Shown here one piece after another: positions 37,741 through 52,100 of a stretch of 64,000 nt of DNA. The DNA is taken from the NCBI GenBank assembly GCA_030141605.1, contig JAQGDQ010000317.1, positions 62,001-126,000 of the forward strand. Reading direction: 5' to 3'. How positions within the stretch are numbered: the first letter of the stretch is position 1; every line of letters starts with the position of its first letter. Origin of the DNA: Tubiluchus corallicola. Lineage: Eukaryota; Animalia; Priapulida. Position numbers and translations under genes: made by a program. A model generated the notes under the pieces. The model was given only the letters and a program-made list of their open reading frames with translations, searched no databases and was not told the DNA's origin.

Positions 37741-38081
37741 CAAAGTGTACAAAGAGGAAGAACGAAGTGTGTTATACGTCTTTTGTTTTTGCGATTAGCG
37801 GCTGTGCTGGCGGCATCAAACGGCGAATCAGTAAAACATTTTGAGCGGCGCATGACTGTAATGATAATATTCTTAATTTCACCAATAATGTTGGCATACG
37901 CGCAATTTCGATAAGCCAAAATCACTTGCGTTTTTAATAAAAGAAGTATATCTCAATTAAAAGCAATTATTAGTTTATAAAAAGTGAAAACATTTCATGA
38001 AACGTAAAAAAAATGTAGCAGTAAATTTGTATTATGTACTTGCAAATACTTCTTCTTATAAGTAAAATTTTATTGTTCTTC
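37741..38081 (-). repeat. Partial copy C of the A/B element (same orientation as B)
   Basis: caaagtgtacaaagaggaag...gcgattagcggct...gataagccaaaatcac...gtaaaattttattgttcttc matches 18876-19220 directly. Confidence 0.9.
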
Positions 38082-40302
38082 GTGCCTATACGTAATAAGG
38101 AAAAGCAAATTCTGTTTATCTTGTTCAGCGATTACTGCAAGTCCAAATCGCAGACCACTTCAAAAAATGAGCCATTCTTCATCTTTCTCCAGGTAAGTTA
38201 AAGCATGTCACAAGCTAGACTTGTGCAAAAAATCCGAGATTCCTCAAATGAACTCTCGGGTCTCTCCACAACAATAATTTTATTTGTCCATTGTTGACTA
38301 TTATTTCACTACCTCGTGCATCCAGCAATTTAATGTTATTGAAAGCAAGAGTCGCCGACTGTCTAAACGTCTCGTCTATTTAAACCCACAAAAATAACCA
38401 ATTTCTGTTATATCATTAAATGTCACTGCACCTCCAACTGGTCAGGTAAGTACTAAACAGGTTAGTAACTTAAAAATGAAAAGGTCATCTAGTCGAAAAT
38501 AAGAAGATTGTAGAAGCAAAACAACAGCAGATGAAACAATTAATAAATTAATGATTTGACAGTTTAAGGTACTTCCTTATTTTCGAGGCATACTTTGACG
38601 AACTTTGAGGAAGAGTTTGACAAGGTGGTGCGCACTAACGTTGCAGAGTTTCATGTTTTAACTTTGGACATTATTTTTTCCTTAATGACATGAGACATAT
38701 TCTGTACAGTACAGTATTGGTCAAATGTAGCTCTAAATTGATTTTCTAGCAGACTAAACAACGTTATGAAGTTGTCAGTCAACACACGCAGTCGCGTGTC
38801 ATCACCGTGAAAAGACTTCAGTGAGATGTACAAATTTTCATTTTCACAAATCGTTCAGAATTCATTATTAACCTAGAGATAACAAATCACAACGTGTACA
38901 AGGATTTCGCCTATAAATCTCACAATCGTCTATATGGTTGCTAAAAGTGCTGATTAATACACAATTGCACGTCTATATCTCTGGACAAACAAAGGATAGC
39001 TTATAGTTTATTTAAAGAATTTGTGACAAGTTTATGTCAAACTATTATAAAGATTGCTAAAATATATCTAGAGTAAAAATATTCAAGATGGATGCGGGCG
39101 AGTTAGAGGGTGGACCGTCTGAGATGGGTCTCATAATTTCATTAGTCTAATGGCCCCAAAAGATCATAATCCGACAGTTTAGGATTTGCAATTTTCCACA
39201 AACGTGTATAATTTTTATCAGATTTAAGCATTGTCTCAAGCTTTTATAATGATTATTCTTTCACAGACTCGAAAAATTAATGCTTTCTGCAAAAATCCTG
39301 TAGTAGTTAAAATTATCAGTATTGACGCGGTAGTAATTTTTAATGTCAATAAGTGTAATTCTTTAATAAAAAAAATGAATACTTATATATGTGCCATTAA
39401 GTGCTGCTTTGATGTCAATTAAGGATTTGTGCTTTTTCTTTTGTTTTTTCCTGTGCGTATAATTTTGTTGCTATAATTAGTAATTTTTTAACGAAGCTGC
39501 ATGCTTTTATGATTTTCTTTGTGCTTTCTATTTAATAATTGTGTCGCTATGATAATGAAAAATCTGCATTAGTTAAAAATTAATAATGACAATGCTCAGT
39601 GTTTTTACATACATTAAATCACTTTTCTTGTTTATATTTATGTTTGTGTTACATGTGACGCATGCAGGCAAACCGCATAAACTAACTGTTGTTATGCAGA
39701 ACTATATATATGCAGTAAATGGTGCTGACATTTAATACTATAATCTTGACTTTAAAACTATCATAATTAACACGGCAAACCACTCGATGAAATGCACCTA
39801 ATTTTGAACTAAAGTAAGTTGCTGAGTTACGGGCGAGCGGCGAACTAAAATAGATTTCAAAACTAATTTATGATGTAAAACAGGAAAATAATGCAATTAA
39901 TTTGCATAATAAAAACTGCATTCTTATGATTTAATTGTTGCAGGACTAAAAATTATCAACATCGTCATAATTATAAACAAGAACATAATAAATAGCATGT
40001 GTTTATGTTTTTCAAGTATTCTTGTAATTGTCGCAGCTCTAATTTCTAATTTCCGATACGATAAGCCCATACGTATAGGTACCAATTAAGCACTGCGTAA
40101 ACACTTTAGTAATACTTCTTCCATTTAAACTGTGCAATAAACAAAGTCCAAAAACATTTTCATATAGGCTACAATGTACAAGTGACGTGTATTTTTTGAA
40201 ATTATTGAGTAAGTAAAAAACAATTTGCAGTGTTACATGCATTCAAGAACAGTAAAAACCTTCGTTATTAGTTTGCACTTCTATTTCATATTATAATTCC
40301 AT

Positions 40303-42090
40303 TCATTTTCTGTTGTCTTCTTTAATCATATCAGCTGCTTTTTCTGCAATCATTACGGTTGCAGCTTGGAGAGGTCCAGAGACCGTCTCTGGCATAACTG
40401 ATGCATCAGCTACCCTCAGGCCTTTAATGCCTCTTACTCTTAATCTTGGATCAACAACAGCCGTTCTGTCATTTGCTGCACCCATTTTGCACGTCCCAGA
40501 TGGATGATATATGGTAGTAGTAACCGCACGGACACAGCATTCCCAGTACAGATCACCTGTTAGCTTCTCACATCCTGGGACTTTCTGTTCCCGCAGTCGA
40601 GCCCCAACAGCTTTGAAAGCTTTTGTGTCTGCAAATTTGAGGGCCATCTTAATACCCTCCACCATCATTTTCACATCTCTGTCGTCTGCATAGTAGTTAG
40701 GATCAATTAAGGGATGATCAAAGGGATCATCAGATTGTAGCTTTATTTCTCCAATACTGTATGGATGTAGAAGAAATATTATAAACATGAAAACGTGCCT
40801 GTTGACATGCTCATCGAAGTTATATTCTATATTAAATTTCTTATCAAATCCCACAAAATCGTAAGCCAGCTCTTTGCCAAAACTTCCAGTCCCGAAAGCA
40901 CTAAAAAGTAATCCAACATCAGGAAATTTTATGTTAGGGTCAGAATGCTTTGTTTTTAGAAATGTGGCACCATCGGTAAATGTAGAAGACACTGGACCAC
41001 TTTTAAATAACTTGTACAGCCATTGGGATTTCCAGTTGTCTACGATAGATTTTGTAAAAGTCATTGGTTTGTCGATCCAAAATTCGGGAAACCAGACACC
41101 CTGATGTTCTTGCAAGTGTTTTCCGACAGGTAGATCAGAGACAGTTTCAATACCGAACTCCTTTAAATGATCAGAAACACCAATGCCAGACAACATGAGC
41201 AGATGGGGAGAACCAATGGTACCTGCAGCTAAAATAATTTCCTTCCTCGCCTTCACTATCTTTTTATCTGCCATGTGAATGAAAACAACTCCAGTAGCTC
41301 GCTTACCATCAAACAGCACTTTTATCACGTGGGCGTTAATTAGCACGTCTAGATTGTCTCTCCTTGATGCTGGTTTTAGGAATGCTTTTGATGTACTCCA
41401 CCTGGTCCCATCTTTTATGTTAGCCTGATTCTTCATTATTCTATACTGGTCTTCTCCATTGATGTCTCCAACAGCAATTCCCAACTCCTTTCCAGCCTCG
41501 ATGAAGATATCTGCCAGGGGACTTGCATGCACTTCAGAAATTGGCCATGGGCCATCATCTCCATGGTAGCCGGATTTAACGTATTCTGGATTCTGGTTAC
41601 TCTCGGATTTTTTAAAGTATGGCAAGACGTCATCATATGACCAGCCTTTTGCACCCATATTTTCCCACAGATCAAAATCTTCCTTGTGGCCTCTCACATA
41701 ATTCATCACATTTATGCTGCTTGAGCCACCCAACATTTTTCCTCTCGGCCACATACTTCGCTTGTTTTCACACGCATTGCAGCCATGTTTTTGAGGCACC
41801 GTTTTATATTTCCAATCCTGCTTTGTGTTTCGCAGGAAACCGTGGTTACCGGGAATATCAACGTCCGGATTGTGGGTATCTCGGCCACCGGCTTCAAGGA
41901 TTAGCACTTTGTCCGAATTTTCAGATAGTCGATTAGCAAGAACGCAGCCGGCGCTTCCTGCACCGATTATTACATAATCATATTCTTTGTCGGCATCTTT
42001 GGCAATAACGTAATCATCTTTTACATTGTAGAGCACGTATAACGCTGCTAGTACCGCAACTCCGATAACCACAACAAGGTTAGACGACAT
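40303..42090 (-). CDS. GMC oxidoreductase (glucose dehydrogenase [FAD, quinone]-like), intronless, with N-terminal signal anchor
   Basis: 595-aa ORF: [92 protein letters not shown]. Confidence 0.95.
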   Translation of the reverse strand: MSSNLVVVIGVAVLAALYVLYNVKDDYVIAKDADKEYDYVIIGAGSAGCVLANRLSENSDKVLILEAGGRDTHNPDVDIPGNHGFLRNTKQDWKYKTVPQKHGCNACENKRSMWPRGKMLGGSSSINVMNYVRGHKEDFDLWENMGAKGWSYDDVLPYFKKSESNQNPEYVKSGYHGDDGPWPISEVHASPLADIFIEAGKELGIAVGDINGEDQYRIMKNQANIKDGTRWSTSKAFLKPASRRDNLDVLINAHVIKVLFDGKRATGVVFIHMADKKIVKARKEIILAAGTIGSPHLLMLSGIGVSDHLKEFGIETVSDLPVGKHLQEHQGVWFPEFWIDKPMTFTKSIVDNWKSQWLYKLFKSGPVSSTFTDGATFLKTKHSDPNIKFPDVGLLFSAFGTGSFGKELAYDFVGFDKKFNIEYNFDEHVNRHVFMFIIFLLHPYSIGEIKLQSDDPFDHPLIDPNYYADDRDVKMMVEGIKMALKFADTKAFKAVGARLREQKVPGCEKLTGDLYWECCVRAVTTTIYHPSGTCKMGAANDRTAVVDPRLRVRGIKGLRVADASVMPETVSGPLQAATVMIAEKAADMIKEDNRK

Positions 42091-42689
42091 AACTGTATTA
42101 AAAGCACTGCTTATTGCTTAGCTATGGATATAACGATATGCGTAGGCCTTTACGTTTACCATATATTTAGAAACATGTTTGAAAACTTGTAATAAATTGA
42201 TAAATACACGCACTTGCATACACGTTTCTACCGGCATGAAATGTTGCCCAGCGGTAAAACGCATACAGAAAGCAAGCACAGATAGTTTACGACCTTGAGA
42301 TTTGTTCAGTTTTCAATAAATTAAAAACCCTGGAGGTAGCTGGCAGACGCTTGTCGTTATTCGTTTTAAGGTCAAGGGAAACAGCTTTACAGAAATTTAT
42401 CATTCTTCCTATCGCAGATCGTTTAAGTACGCGGTCGCGTGAGTATAAGAAAGTTAAAAGAAAGGAGAACTAGCACTCTCGAATGACCATTTGGTAAATT
42501 TAAACACAGTGCAGTTTGAAAAAACTGTTTTCAGGTTCGGTGTAAGGCAGTAGGCATATTAAAAAGAACAAAATGTTAGTGCATCTGCGTTCAGCTAGGT
42601 TACTGAGCTATATAGTACTCTGAAAACATTTAGGCTTAATGCATACAATGTGCATAAGATACACAACAACTGAAGAAGAGTTATAGGGG

Positions 42690-43244
42690 TTTTGGACATG
42701 GGGATTTTAGACATGACGCTATTTCGACACAATCATTTTGGACGCAGGTTATCTCGACACATAGGACATTTGGACACAAAGACATTTAGACAAGACATTT
42801 GGACACATAGGACATTTGAACACAAGGTAATTTGGACTTGTAGGACATTTAGACACGTAAGACATTAATTTGGACACAAAGACATTTGGACACATGGGAC
42901 ATTTGGACACAAGGTAATTTGGACTCGTAGGACATTTGGACACGTAAGATATTTGGACACATTGGACATTTGGGCACAAAGTAATTTGTTTGGACAAGCG
43001 GGACATTTGGACATTGGGGTATTTGGACATATAGGTAATTTGCAGATATTTAATAGTTATATTAACCCAAAATATATGTATGCCATTTTTTCCAACTTTT
43101 CTATTTGTGCCATTTGTACCTGTGGCATTTTTACCTACACTCGTCATTGACTCATTAGGCTGATGGTAATGCGTTGAAAAGGGTTGTGCACACCACCTTC
43201 ATATTCCAAAAAAATGAAAATGATTTAACTATATAGTTATATAT

Positions 43245-43275
<31 letters not shown>

Positions 43276-43885
43276 AGAAAACTGTACTAAGTACCATTTA
43301 TTCTACCAGTTATTACATTATTGGTATTTTTATTCTTTCATTAGGTGTTTCTGTGGTGTTACATTATGTGTTAAACTTCAGGTTATTATGCATTTGGGCG
43401 ATCTTACATTATGCGTTGATTTTTTTATTATATTATCAGTTAATTTTATTACACTATCGGTTATTTATTACATTACGCATTGATTTTTTGGTATTACATT
43501 ATCAGTTGTAACACACGACATTTGCGCAAGAATATTGCAATCGTTTCACAACAATTTCACGAAATATATTATTCTGTGGTGTTACAATATGCGCTAGACT
43601 TCAAGTTATCACATTATGCATTTTGGAGGTCTTATATTATATGTTAATTTTATTACCTTGTCGGTTATTTATTTCAATATGAGTTGATTTTTTATTACAT
43701 CATACGTTATTTTTTTGGTATTACATTATCGGGCGTTTGTTGCATTATCAATTGTAACACAGAACATTCGCACAAGTATATTGCAATCATTTCGCCCAAA
43801 GTGCCCTGTGTCGAAATGACCTATATGTCCAAATGTTTTGTGGCGGAACGTCCTGTATCCAAATGTCTATGTCGAAATGCCTGCA
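42690..43885. mobile_element. Composite MITE-like region with subterminal ggacatttggacac arrays and a nested ~220-bp tandem duplication
   Basis: ggacattt(g/a)gacac repeats at 42690-43030 are inverted at 43800-43885 (tgtccaaatg, tgtcgaaatg). 43350-43560 is repeated at 43573-43790. (TA)n at 43249-43274. Confidence 0.65.
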
Positions 43886-45322
43886 CAGCGTGAAGAAGCT
43901 TACATTTAAAATTGCCAAACTAGTCTGTTAGTAGGTGAATTGTACTGATTGTTTCTAGTATGCTACAGTTTATTTAATATTAATCGCCAGTGATCATCAT
44001 CGAGGCACAGTATAGACAAGAAAAAGATTGCTTTCAAATCACAGTAAATGAGATGCTTAACAGACCAATGGCAGTCAAATTAGCCCAAAAACGGTATGAC
44101 TCGGACAAAACTAGTGTAACTCAAGCAGAATTTTCGTGCAGACACACAGAAAGTCGACCATAATAACATATTCAAAATCTCCTGAAATCCACTTCGGGGT
44201 GAAAAAGTTATGGGGCTTTAAATTCAAAAAGGCCGCTGCTTTAATGTCAAAATAACTCAACTATATATACAGGTGGCTTTTAAGACAGCATAAATATATT
44301 ACCAATTCATATAAACACATGGTTTAACTGAAAAATAGTTTCAAGGTCATTCAAACTGGCGGCGGATGCTTAAATACAGTCAAAACAGTTGAACTAGACA
44401 GCATTCTAGACTGCACAAATGTATTAACAGTTGATATAAAAATACGTATGCTTACTTACAGTTATCCGTCAAGACCTCGTGGTTCCTCTGTTGACTCTTG
44501 AGATGGCTGTGGAGACCAAGCCGTGATCAAAACTGCTTGGGAGAAATTGGAAAGAAAAGGAATTCTATTGCTTTGACCTCTATTGGTGGGCCGTCTTCAA
44601 TTCCTAGAGATTACTGTATGTCATTGATTGCCGTTGCTGACTAACTTACACTTAGAAGGTACTTCAGAACATAACTTAAAGGTTCTGTTCATATGATCTT
44701 TATCTAGGAAGGCTTAAGCCATCCGTATTTCTTCAAACTATTTTAAAAGTCACTCTAAAACAAGATTTAAGAAAAACGAGCTCCTGGCTGGAAATGACAT
44801 GTCCAATCCATCTCAACTGCCACGTGTAGATAATACTTTTGAGACTTCCTGAGCAAAGCCATTGAAAAATTTCAACATTCATTGCCCTTCTTGTCATATG
44901 ATATTATCACAAAAATAATGTTTCAAGGTCATTCAACATCTTTTTATCAAAATGGTTTCCATCATCTTTATAAATTGAAAATAATTGTGTAAAATATAAT
45001 CAAAATATTTGGCCATTTAACTCATTACCAGCTGTTATAAAAATGTGACCATACTTTCAGAAAAACATTATTCCAAAGTCAAAACATTAATGAAAAATCA
45101 CAATAATCAACACATAGAATCCGCGTCATATTATTTGATCTTGTAGACCTGAATTAGTCAAATGCGTTTATAGGTCGTCATTCTTAGATACAGCACCAAT
45201 CAATTCCTTTTTGTTTTGGCATGTCTGCACGCGACAATTGTTGCAAGTTGCTACACAGTACAAGTCATATTGAATTATCTTGACCTTGAATGACCTTTAA
45301 AATCCCCTCCACCCTCCACCCC

Positions 45323-45375
<53 letters not shown>
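45323..45375. repeat. (CT)n microsatellite
   Basis: Near-perfect ct dinucleotide run. Confidence 0.95.
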
Positions 45376-45379
<4 letters not shown>

Positions 45380-46124
45380 GACGAAATGCATGTTTATATG
45401 AGCTGGCAATATATTTATGCCATATTAAATGCCATCTAGTTGAGTTATTTTAACTCTACAACAGTGTTGGCGTCCATTTTTAATTTAGTGCCCAAATTGC
45501 CCCGTAACTTTTTCCCCCAAAGTGGTTTTCAGGAGATTTTGAATATGTTCACTGGACGACTTTCTCAGTGTTTCAGCACAAATTACAAAATTTTTGTTCT
45601 GGTCATACCTTATATTTTTGACGGGAACTACAATGCCTAGATTGGTAAACTGGTAATTGGCCGTCAATTCTTAGGTGCGCGTATGGTACGTGTTTAATAC
45701 GATAGTATTATTTTAGCAGCTTAAAGTGAATTTTGAATCTTGAACCCCGCAAATAATTGTAATTATCCATTTACTGTGTTTCACGTAAGTAATAGAACAA
45801 CTCTCTTTGGAATATCCAAATTTGTCTTGCTCTGCAGTGCGCCTTGTGGTTAATATGTTACTGTAGCGCATAACACGCGTAAACACGCAGTTGTTAAGTT
45901 GAGAAGTTTTGAGTTTTTTAAGAAGATGCTGTGATCGCTATGTATCTTTTTTTAGATAAGATATCAGCGAAAAACGTTTAAGTGCAGTGGACTAAGTGAT
46001 AAATATATTGAATTAGGGACCTTATGTTTAAATAACCCGAGTCGTGCTTAAACTACATAATGAATGTAGTAGACTCATAAAGTCGGCCTAAACTGTGAGT
46101 GTTAATTTTATGAAGTGAAGTGAA

Positions 46125-49100
46125 ATGGAAAAACTGTCATGTACTTGGAACTGTAGTGCCTCTTGCAGTTTCAAACACAGTAATTATTTATTTACTAAAT
46201 GGCCTGATTTTATGCCTATGTTGTTTTACATTGAAACGTATCGGAAAAAGTCAGATAATTATCTTCGTCATGAAGATGAACTTGATAAAGAAAGAGCTTT
46301 ACTTTGTAGACTTGTTAAGGTATGAGTAATCATTTAATATTTTAAAAGAAGAGTCAAAGGCTATATGCTTTTTTAATTTCAAAATAAGTAATTTAAGCAG
46401 GATTTCCTAAAGCAACTGGAAAACAATAATTGCACCATGGCATTTTTAATGCATGTCTTGAAGCCATAGCAACAACTTTTGTAAGTAAAAAGCCTTGTGT
46501 GTGTTTTTTCTAATTATTTTCATGCATGTATCTCCACAATAATATAAACTTTCTTCAGCTGCATCTGTGGCAAAATCATTTTTTACTACTTTTAGGACGC
46601 ATTTGGATAATTTTATACTGGATTCATTTTCCATGCTACTTGGCATCACCTTGTTTGGGTTTATATCAGGACTCCATTTTCCTATACTTTTCTGGAGCTT
46701 TTTCAGTCTTTTAATCAGTCTTCGCCACTATTCACTATTCCTCACACTTTCAGCAAATCATTGTCTGTGCAATATATGTGTACTTGCATAAGTTGGCAAT
46801 TAAGTTTATCTAGTTAGTCACACACTTGATTTTCATTTCACGGGAATCATTTTGATACCAAGCTCATCGCTCTATGCTATTTCTAAGCTGAGATAATCCA
46901 CGTTGAAGTTGAAGTGCACAGTATGCATTGAAAAACATGACCTTAAGAAAATCGCTGTTAAAGTTATCAATTGTATTTTGTCATATGTCTACAAAACACT
47001 TAGCAACCGCACACAAATATTGGCTGCAAAGGACTTTGCAAGAATATATTGAAATGTTTAAGCCCAGTAGATGGCTGTTCCTGACGAAGATCTGGGCTTG
47101 GCAGCAGAAAAAACCCGAACCAAAATATCTGCTTCCATGAGCTACTATTGGTCTTGAAAGGTCTATTAGTTGAAAGGTCTTGTATAAGCCCATAGCCATG
47201 TGAACCGGGTAAAAAAGGAATTGACATGTGAACAAAGAAAAAAACAGGGAGAAAGGTTAGATCACACAGGACCGGAAGAAGAATGTATTAGTGGAAAAAA
47301 GACATTAAGTTGTGTAATGTTTATATCAGCTCTAAAAAGGAATCAATGATATATTTTATGCATAATCTGTACTGGGATTGTGGTATGGCTGCTGCAATAA
47401 GTGTAGGATATTAAGAAGTAATGTATTTATTGAAAATCATTGCTTTATATTTCTCTTTAAATTTTTGTGTTGGCTGAATAGTTTTTAGTTCCATCATTTA
47501 TACCATTCTGCAGTAAAGCAGAGCAGCACATCATATGCCATCATATAGTGCCAATCTGAACTCATGGTCTAGGTATATAGCTTCATTATAATGGATTTAC
47601 CCGGTGTAACCACTGTAAGTCAGACTTATAAGTACAAATGGCCCTTTTGATCCAAAGTCAGTTTAAATAATTGCTGAGGATTTACTGTATAGTTTTCAGC
47701 AGTACAATTATTTTTTATGGTATAATGACAGCGTAGATTACATAATGCTACAGTATGATGTCGCAATTTTGATAATTTGCTGTCATTCATTGAATTTCGC
47801 TGTTGTACTGAATGTGATAATGTGAATGTGTTAAAAAACTGCATAGGCATTACCCCTTATCTGTATTAGTGTCTCTATCTGCACTTATATGTGTATAGTG
47901 TGTTAGTTAACATGCATTTATTATTTATCTGTATAATCTAAGTCTATCCTAGGACATATGTTATGTTAGTTTAGATGCCATAAATTTGTTACTGCTGCTG
48001 AACTGATTAGCTACCTGTTACAGTAATCTGGTCTATGAAAAGCTGGAATAAGCTTCTCAGATAATTACTTGTTTGATATTGATATAGAATAGAATAGAAT
48101 ATTGATATAGAATGTAAAATATTGATATATAATTCTGCCAAATTTGCCTGCCATGCATAGTTTGTAAACGCAGTAAACTTTGTGCACTCAGCTCTTTATC
48201 ACATTGTTGATTGTTCTTGTCACTAAATACGTACTGTTTAACATATTAGCGTGTGTTACCAGAAAGCAAATTTTTTGCATTCACATTATGCTCGTGGGTT
48301 TTATAGTAATCCATGCAAAAACTTAAAAATTTGTGCAGCAAATTCCACTGTAGTGACAAATAGCAGCAGTCCATTACATATCATTGAATCTTAAGTGTCA
48401 TTTCGTGAAAAACTACTAAAATACTAAAATTGGAAGAACGAAAAGCTACAAATTTCTAGTTTAACCCTTCAATTCCAGGTTAAACACTACCTAACTATGC
48501 TGAAATGCATGCAGTATAGTCTTACTAGAAGAGAATTCATCTGTAGTGAAGACAAGTTTATCAACTAATTGTTACGTCATTTGAGATGCAAGGTGAAGGG
48601 AATCTCTAAGTATTTATAAAGAGTGACTAAATTATACATTCGTATGTACATAGGGAATGGGACAACAGTTATAATGGACAATTTATTTATGACGGACTGC
48701 CCTTTCCCAATTAGTAATTTCTAATGAAGAATTACTGACCTGGCACCTAATCAATATTTTGATGATAGTCATCTCTTGTGTTTAAGGCACTTTGCCACAT
48801 TTATTACCAAATTCTGTTATTGCAGCATGGTGGTGGTTGCATTATCAACAAAATGGAGCATGGAGCATACAGGTGATTGTTGCCAGAATTTCTAAATTCT
48901 TGTAGAATAATTTATTTTTATTTAATTTATTTAATTAATACACCATAAATTTAATATTTCAAGTTTATAATACAAAAGAGGTATTAGAATGTTGACTATT
49001 AATGGTGGAATTTGTTGTTCAAAGTAAGTTAGTGTAGATGCCTGGTTATGATGTATGTTGTTAGTTCCAATATGAGGCCAAAATTTTGAAACTTCATAAT

Positions 49101-52100
49101 TTTTGTAATTATGGCAGATGTTAATGTAAGTCCATTTGTAGCTAAGGTGTTTGAGTAATATTCTAACCACCTGTCCTTGTGTGCGGAGGACCAAGGTTGC
49201 GAATATGTAGATGCCGTGACTATTTATCCCTATGCTTATGTGCATTCTTCTTCTATATCTTTTTTTATACAGAATAATATTATAATGTAGACTTAATGTG
49301 ACTCGCATTTCACAATACCTATTTACTTATGCTTACCAATAGAAGTAATATAAAAATCACTACTTATTAAAAATGCATTAACTGTTTCACAAAAAGTGCT
49401 TATTTTATACGTAGATTTCTACCTCTTTTCAGAAAATTCTAATCATTCTTAATGTTGAGCATAATACTAAAATTGGTAAAGTCAACCATGGCTAAAAGCA
49501 AAAATGTGGCCGCAAAGTAATATAATATTCAAAGTTGTATAAATAGTTTTGTTTGTTTAGGTTGTTACGAAATGGAGATAAGGCTGCTACTTCGGGCTGC
49601 TTTTACTCTTTTGATTACGTACACAAATGTGTTGAACAAAACAAGCTATTGGATATTGAGCAATTCAGGTAAATAACAATAAATAGCTATTTGACAGAAT
49701 GATTGTGAAGTTATAAACACATGTATACATAAATGAATATATATAATCATATATATTGTCACATTCCATATGTTCTACTTACTGTAAAAGAGAAACATAC
49801 CCATGTTAATTGCAATTGAATTTATAAATAACAATTCTGATTTAAGAATTTTTTTTATAATATATGTGTATGTGTGTGTGTGGGGGGGGGTGCATGTGTT
49901 ACATCAGCTATTCTTAATATTTTCTAATTTGTGATTCTGTTGTTGCTTTTATTATATAAGTATTTACCTCTATAATGTATTGTAAAAATACACTTAAATC
50001 AGATTTGTTATTCATAAATTCCATTCCCGTCAGCATGGGTATGTTTCTGTTTTACAGTAAGTGACCCAGCATGTTCTGGTAATGGAACTTATTTGCAAGC
50101 AAAGTTAAGCAACACTAGGTGTGAAAAGTCTGATCTGAATGTCTAAATTGGGTGTTTTGATTTACTGCTGGTCGTGCTGCTGTTGGGGAACTTCTCAAAG
50201 CCAGTTTTTTCCTTTTTTAGATTTTTAAGTTAAGATATTTATTTTAGGGTACTGAAGTCACAATGTAGTGGCATTGATGATGGAACCAATTCTGTTGTCA
50301 AAATGTGGAGAAAATAATCTTTTGCCTCCATTTGTAATTCTGTATATATGATGTTTGCAGTGACTAAACCACAAAAAATCTGTTGGCCAACTATTTCCTA
50401 AAATAGTGTATATGTGTATTTCACTGCATTGCCACTCCTAACCATTTTCATTCAAGAACTTAGGTAATGCTGGTTGCCTTGAAAATATACACATCTTACA
50501 CAGTTGTTACCTCCTTGAAGAGTTCTTGTTATAGCTAATGGGCAAGTGTACTTATTGTCATATTTTTTTAGAATCTCGGCACATGTGACTGAACATTCTC
50601 GAGTCGCCGGTGATGAATTTGGTGTCTTTGGAGGTAAAAGTGGTTTCCAATAAACAAGTTGTTAATATTTCAGACAGTATTTTAGAATTTTTCATAAACT
50701 ATAAATGTCAATTTGAATGCATGCACTGTGACTCAGAGTTAGAGCTTTTTCTCGTGCTTACTGCTTAGGGCAGTTAAAACATGAGGCATTTTGATCCTCT
50801 AGAATGTGCATCTTGCAAAGAAGAGCTTTCTGTTCCACCTGCAATTTTGTTCACTGTATAAGCAGTGCAACAGAAATACAGTCTTCATTTTCATTGTTTT
50901 ATTGTGCTCGGTCAAAACTAACTAACTTTTGTACTTTAATTCACTTTAAATGAAATTTGACCTGGTTATAGACCCTGCGAAAATCCATATTTTGATTCCA
51001 ATTCATTAGGGCTAATCATGTCTCCAGCCTATTAGACGAATATTCTTTTTAAAGTGCTTAGACAAAGTTGAAATAGTCTTAACTTTAGATTTAAATTTAA
51101 CCAAATCCTGTGTTTAGCATTTAAATTAGGGTGTTTATTCAAATATATGACATCAGAACAATGACGTTGTCAAAGACATCAACATGAAAGTGCAAGAACA
51201 TGGCAACTGTGTAGCAGATATAACTGAAATAACGACACCAAACCAATGACACAAACTAACTAGATGACACAGGATAATTTCATGAGCCTAGATCATGACT
51301 GATGTAACCTCAAATAGTCTGTAATATGCACAGAAATTTAGAATCAAAGCAGCACTGCAACACAGTGAAATGGCCAGCTTATTTCACTTACTAAGTGAAG
51401 CTCTTAGAAGGAAGATAGGCACAAAATATTACTAGTGATGGGCTGATCCACATTTTTGGGTATCGAGCGAATCGACTTTGCTGTTCACCTATACTAATTG
51501 ATCACCGAGTGATCATAAGACGGATAAAATACGTAGATATCACTGCTATAAAAATTATCTTTAATCATCATTTAACTGTATTCGATTTTCGGGACATTAT
51601 TAATTTTGTCAAATATAAAATTGTATAAAATATGATAATTTTGTGAAATAAAAACCAAATGTTTTATTGGAATTTTGAAAATTTAGCAAGATTGCTCATT
51701 ATTGTATAAAGTAAATAGTGCAACAAACAGCGTGAGTGATCAAGCAGCGGGACTGAAATTCTTAATCTGCTGCATGTGTTTGGATGATGCCCTTTGGTAA
51801 GGCAATTGAACAAAATATGGTAGCCATATGCAAAGAATTTTGCCCTAAAATGCGTTAAACATTTCAAAACCTTTACTGTAAATTTTTAATATTTTATTTT
51901 TGCATTTTCTTATAAATTCAGCAATTTTTATGGCCTGATCGGCTCAATAGTTTACCAAACCAATCAAATGTCGAACCGATCACACCGAACACTTCTGTTC
52001 AATTACCGATCACTGATTGGCTCGGCCCATCACTAGATATTATAACGTTTGACAGATTAGTAGTCCGCTTATGTCTTTACTGGGACATATCATTAAACGG

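Noticed and set aside
38120-38450. Possible decayed C-type-lectin-like exon (SFEESRIFCTSLACDML)
   Set aside because: Too short, stop-interrupted, no supporting exons.
40303-42090. Horizontal transfer of the intronless GMC gene
   Set aside because: Animal GMC genes are often intron-poor, and the protein looks like typical invertebrate glucose dehydrogenase-like members; no phylogenetic evidence available.
42749-43147. 132-aa Cys-rich ORF (SKCP repeats)
   Set aside because: Translation artefact of the ggacatttggacac tandem repeat.
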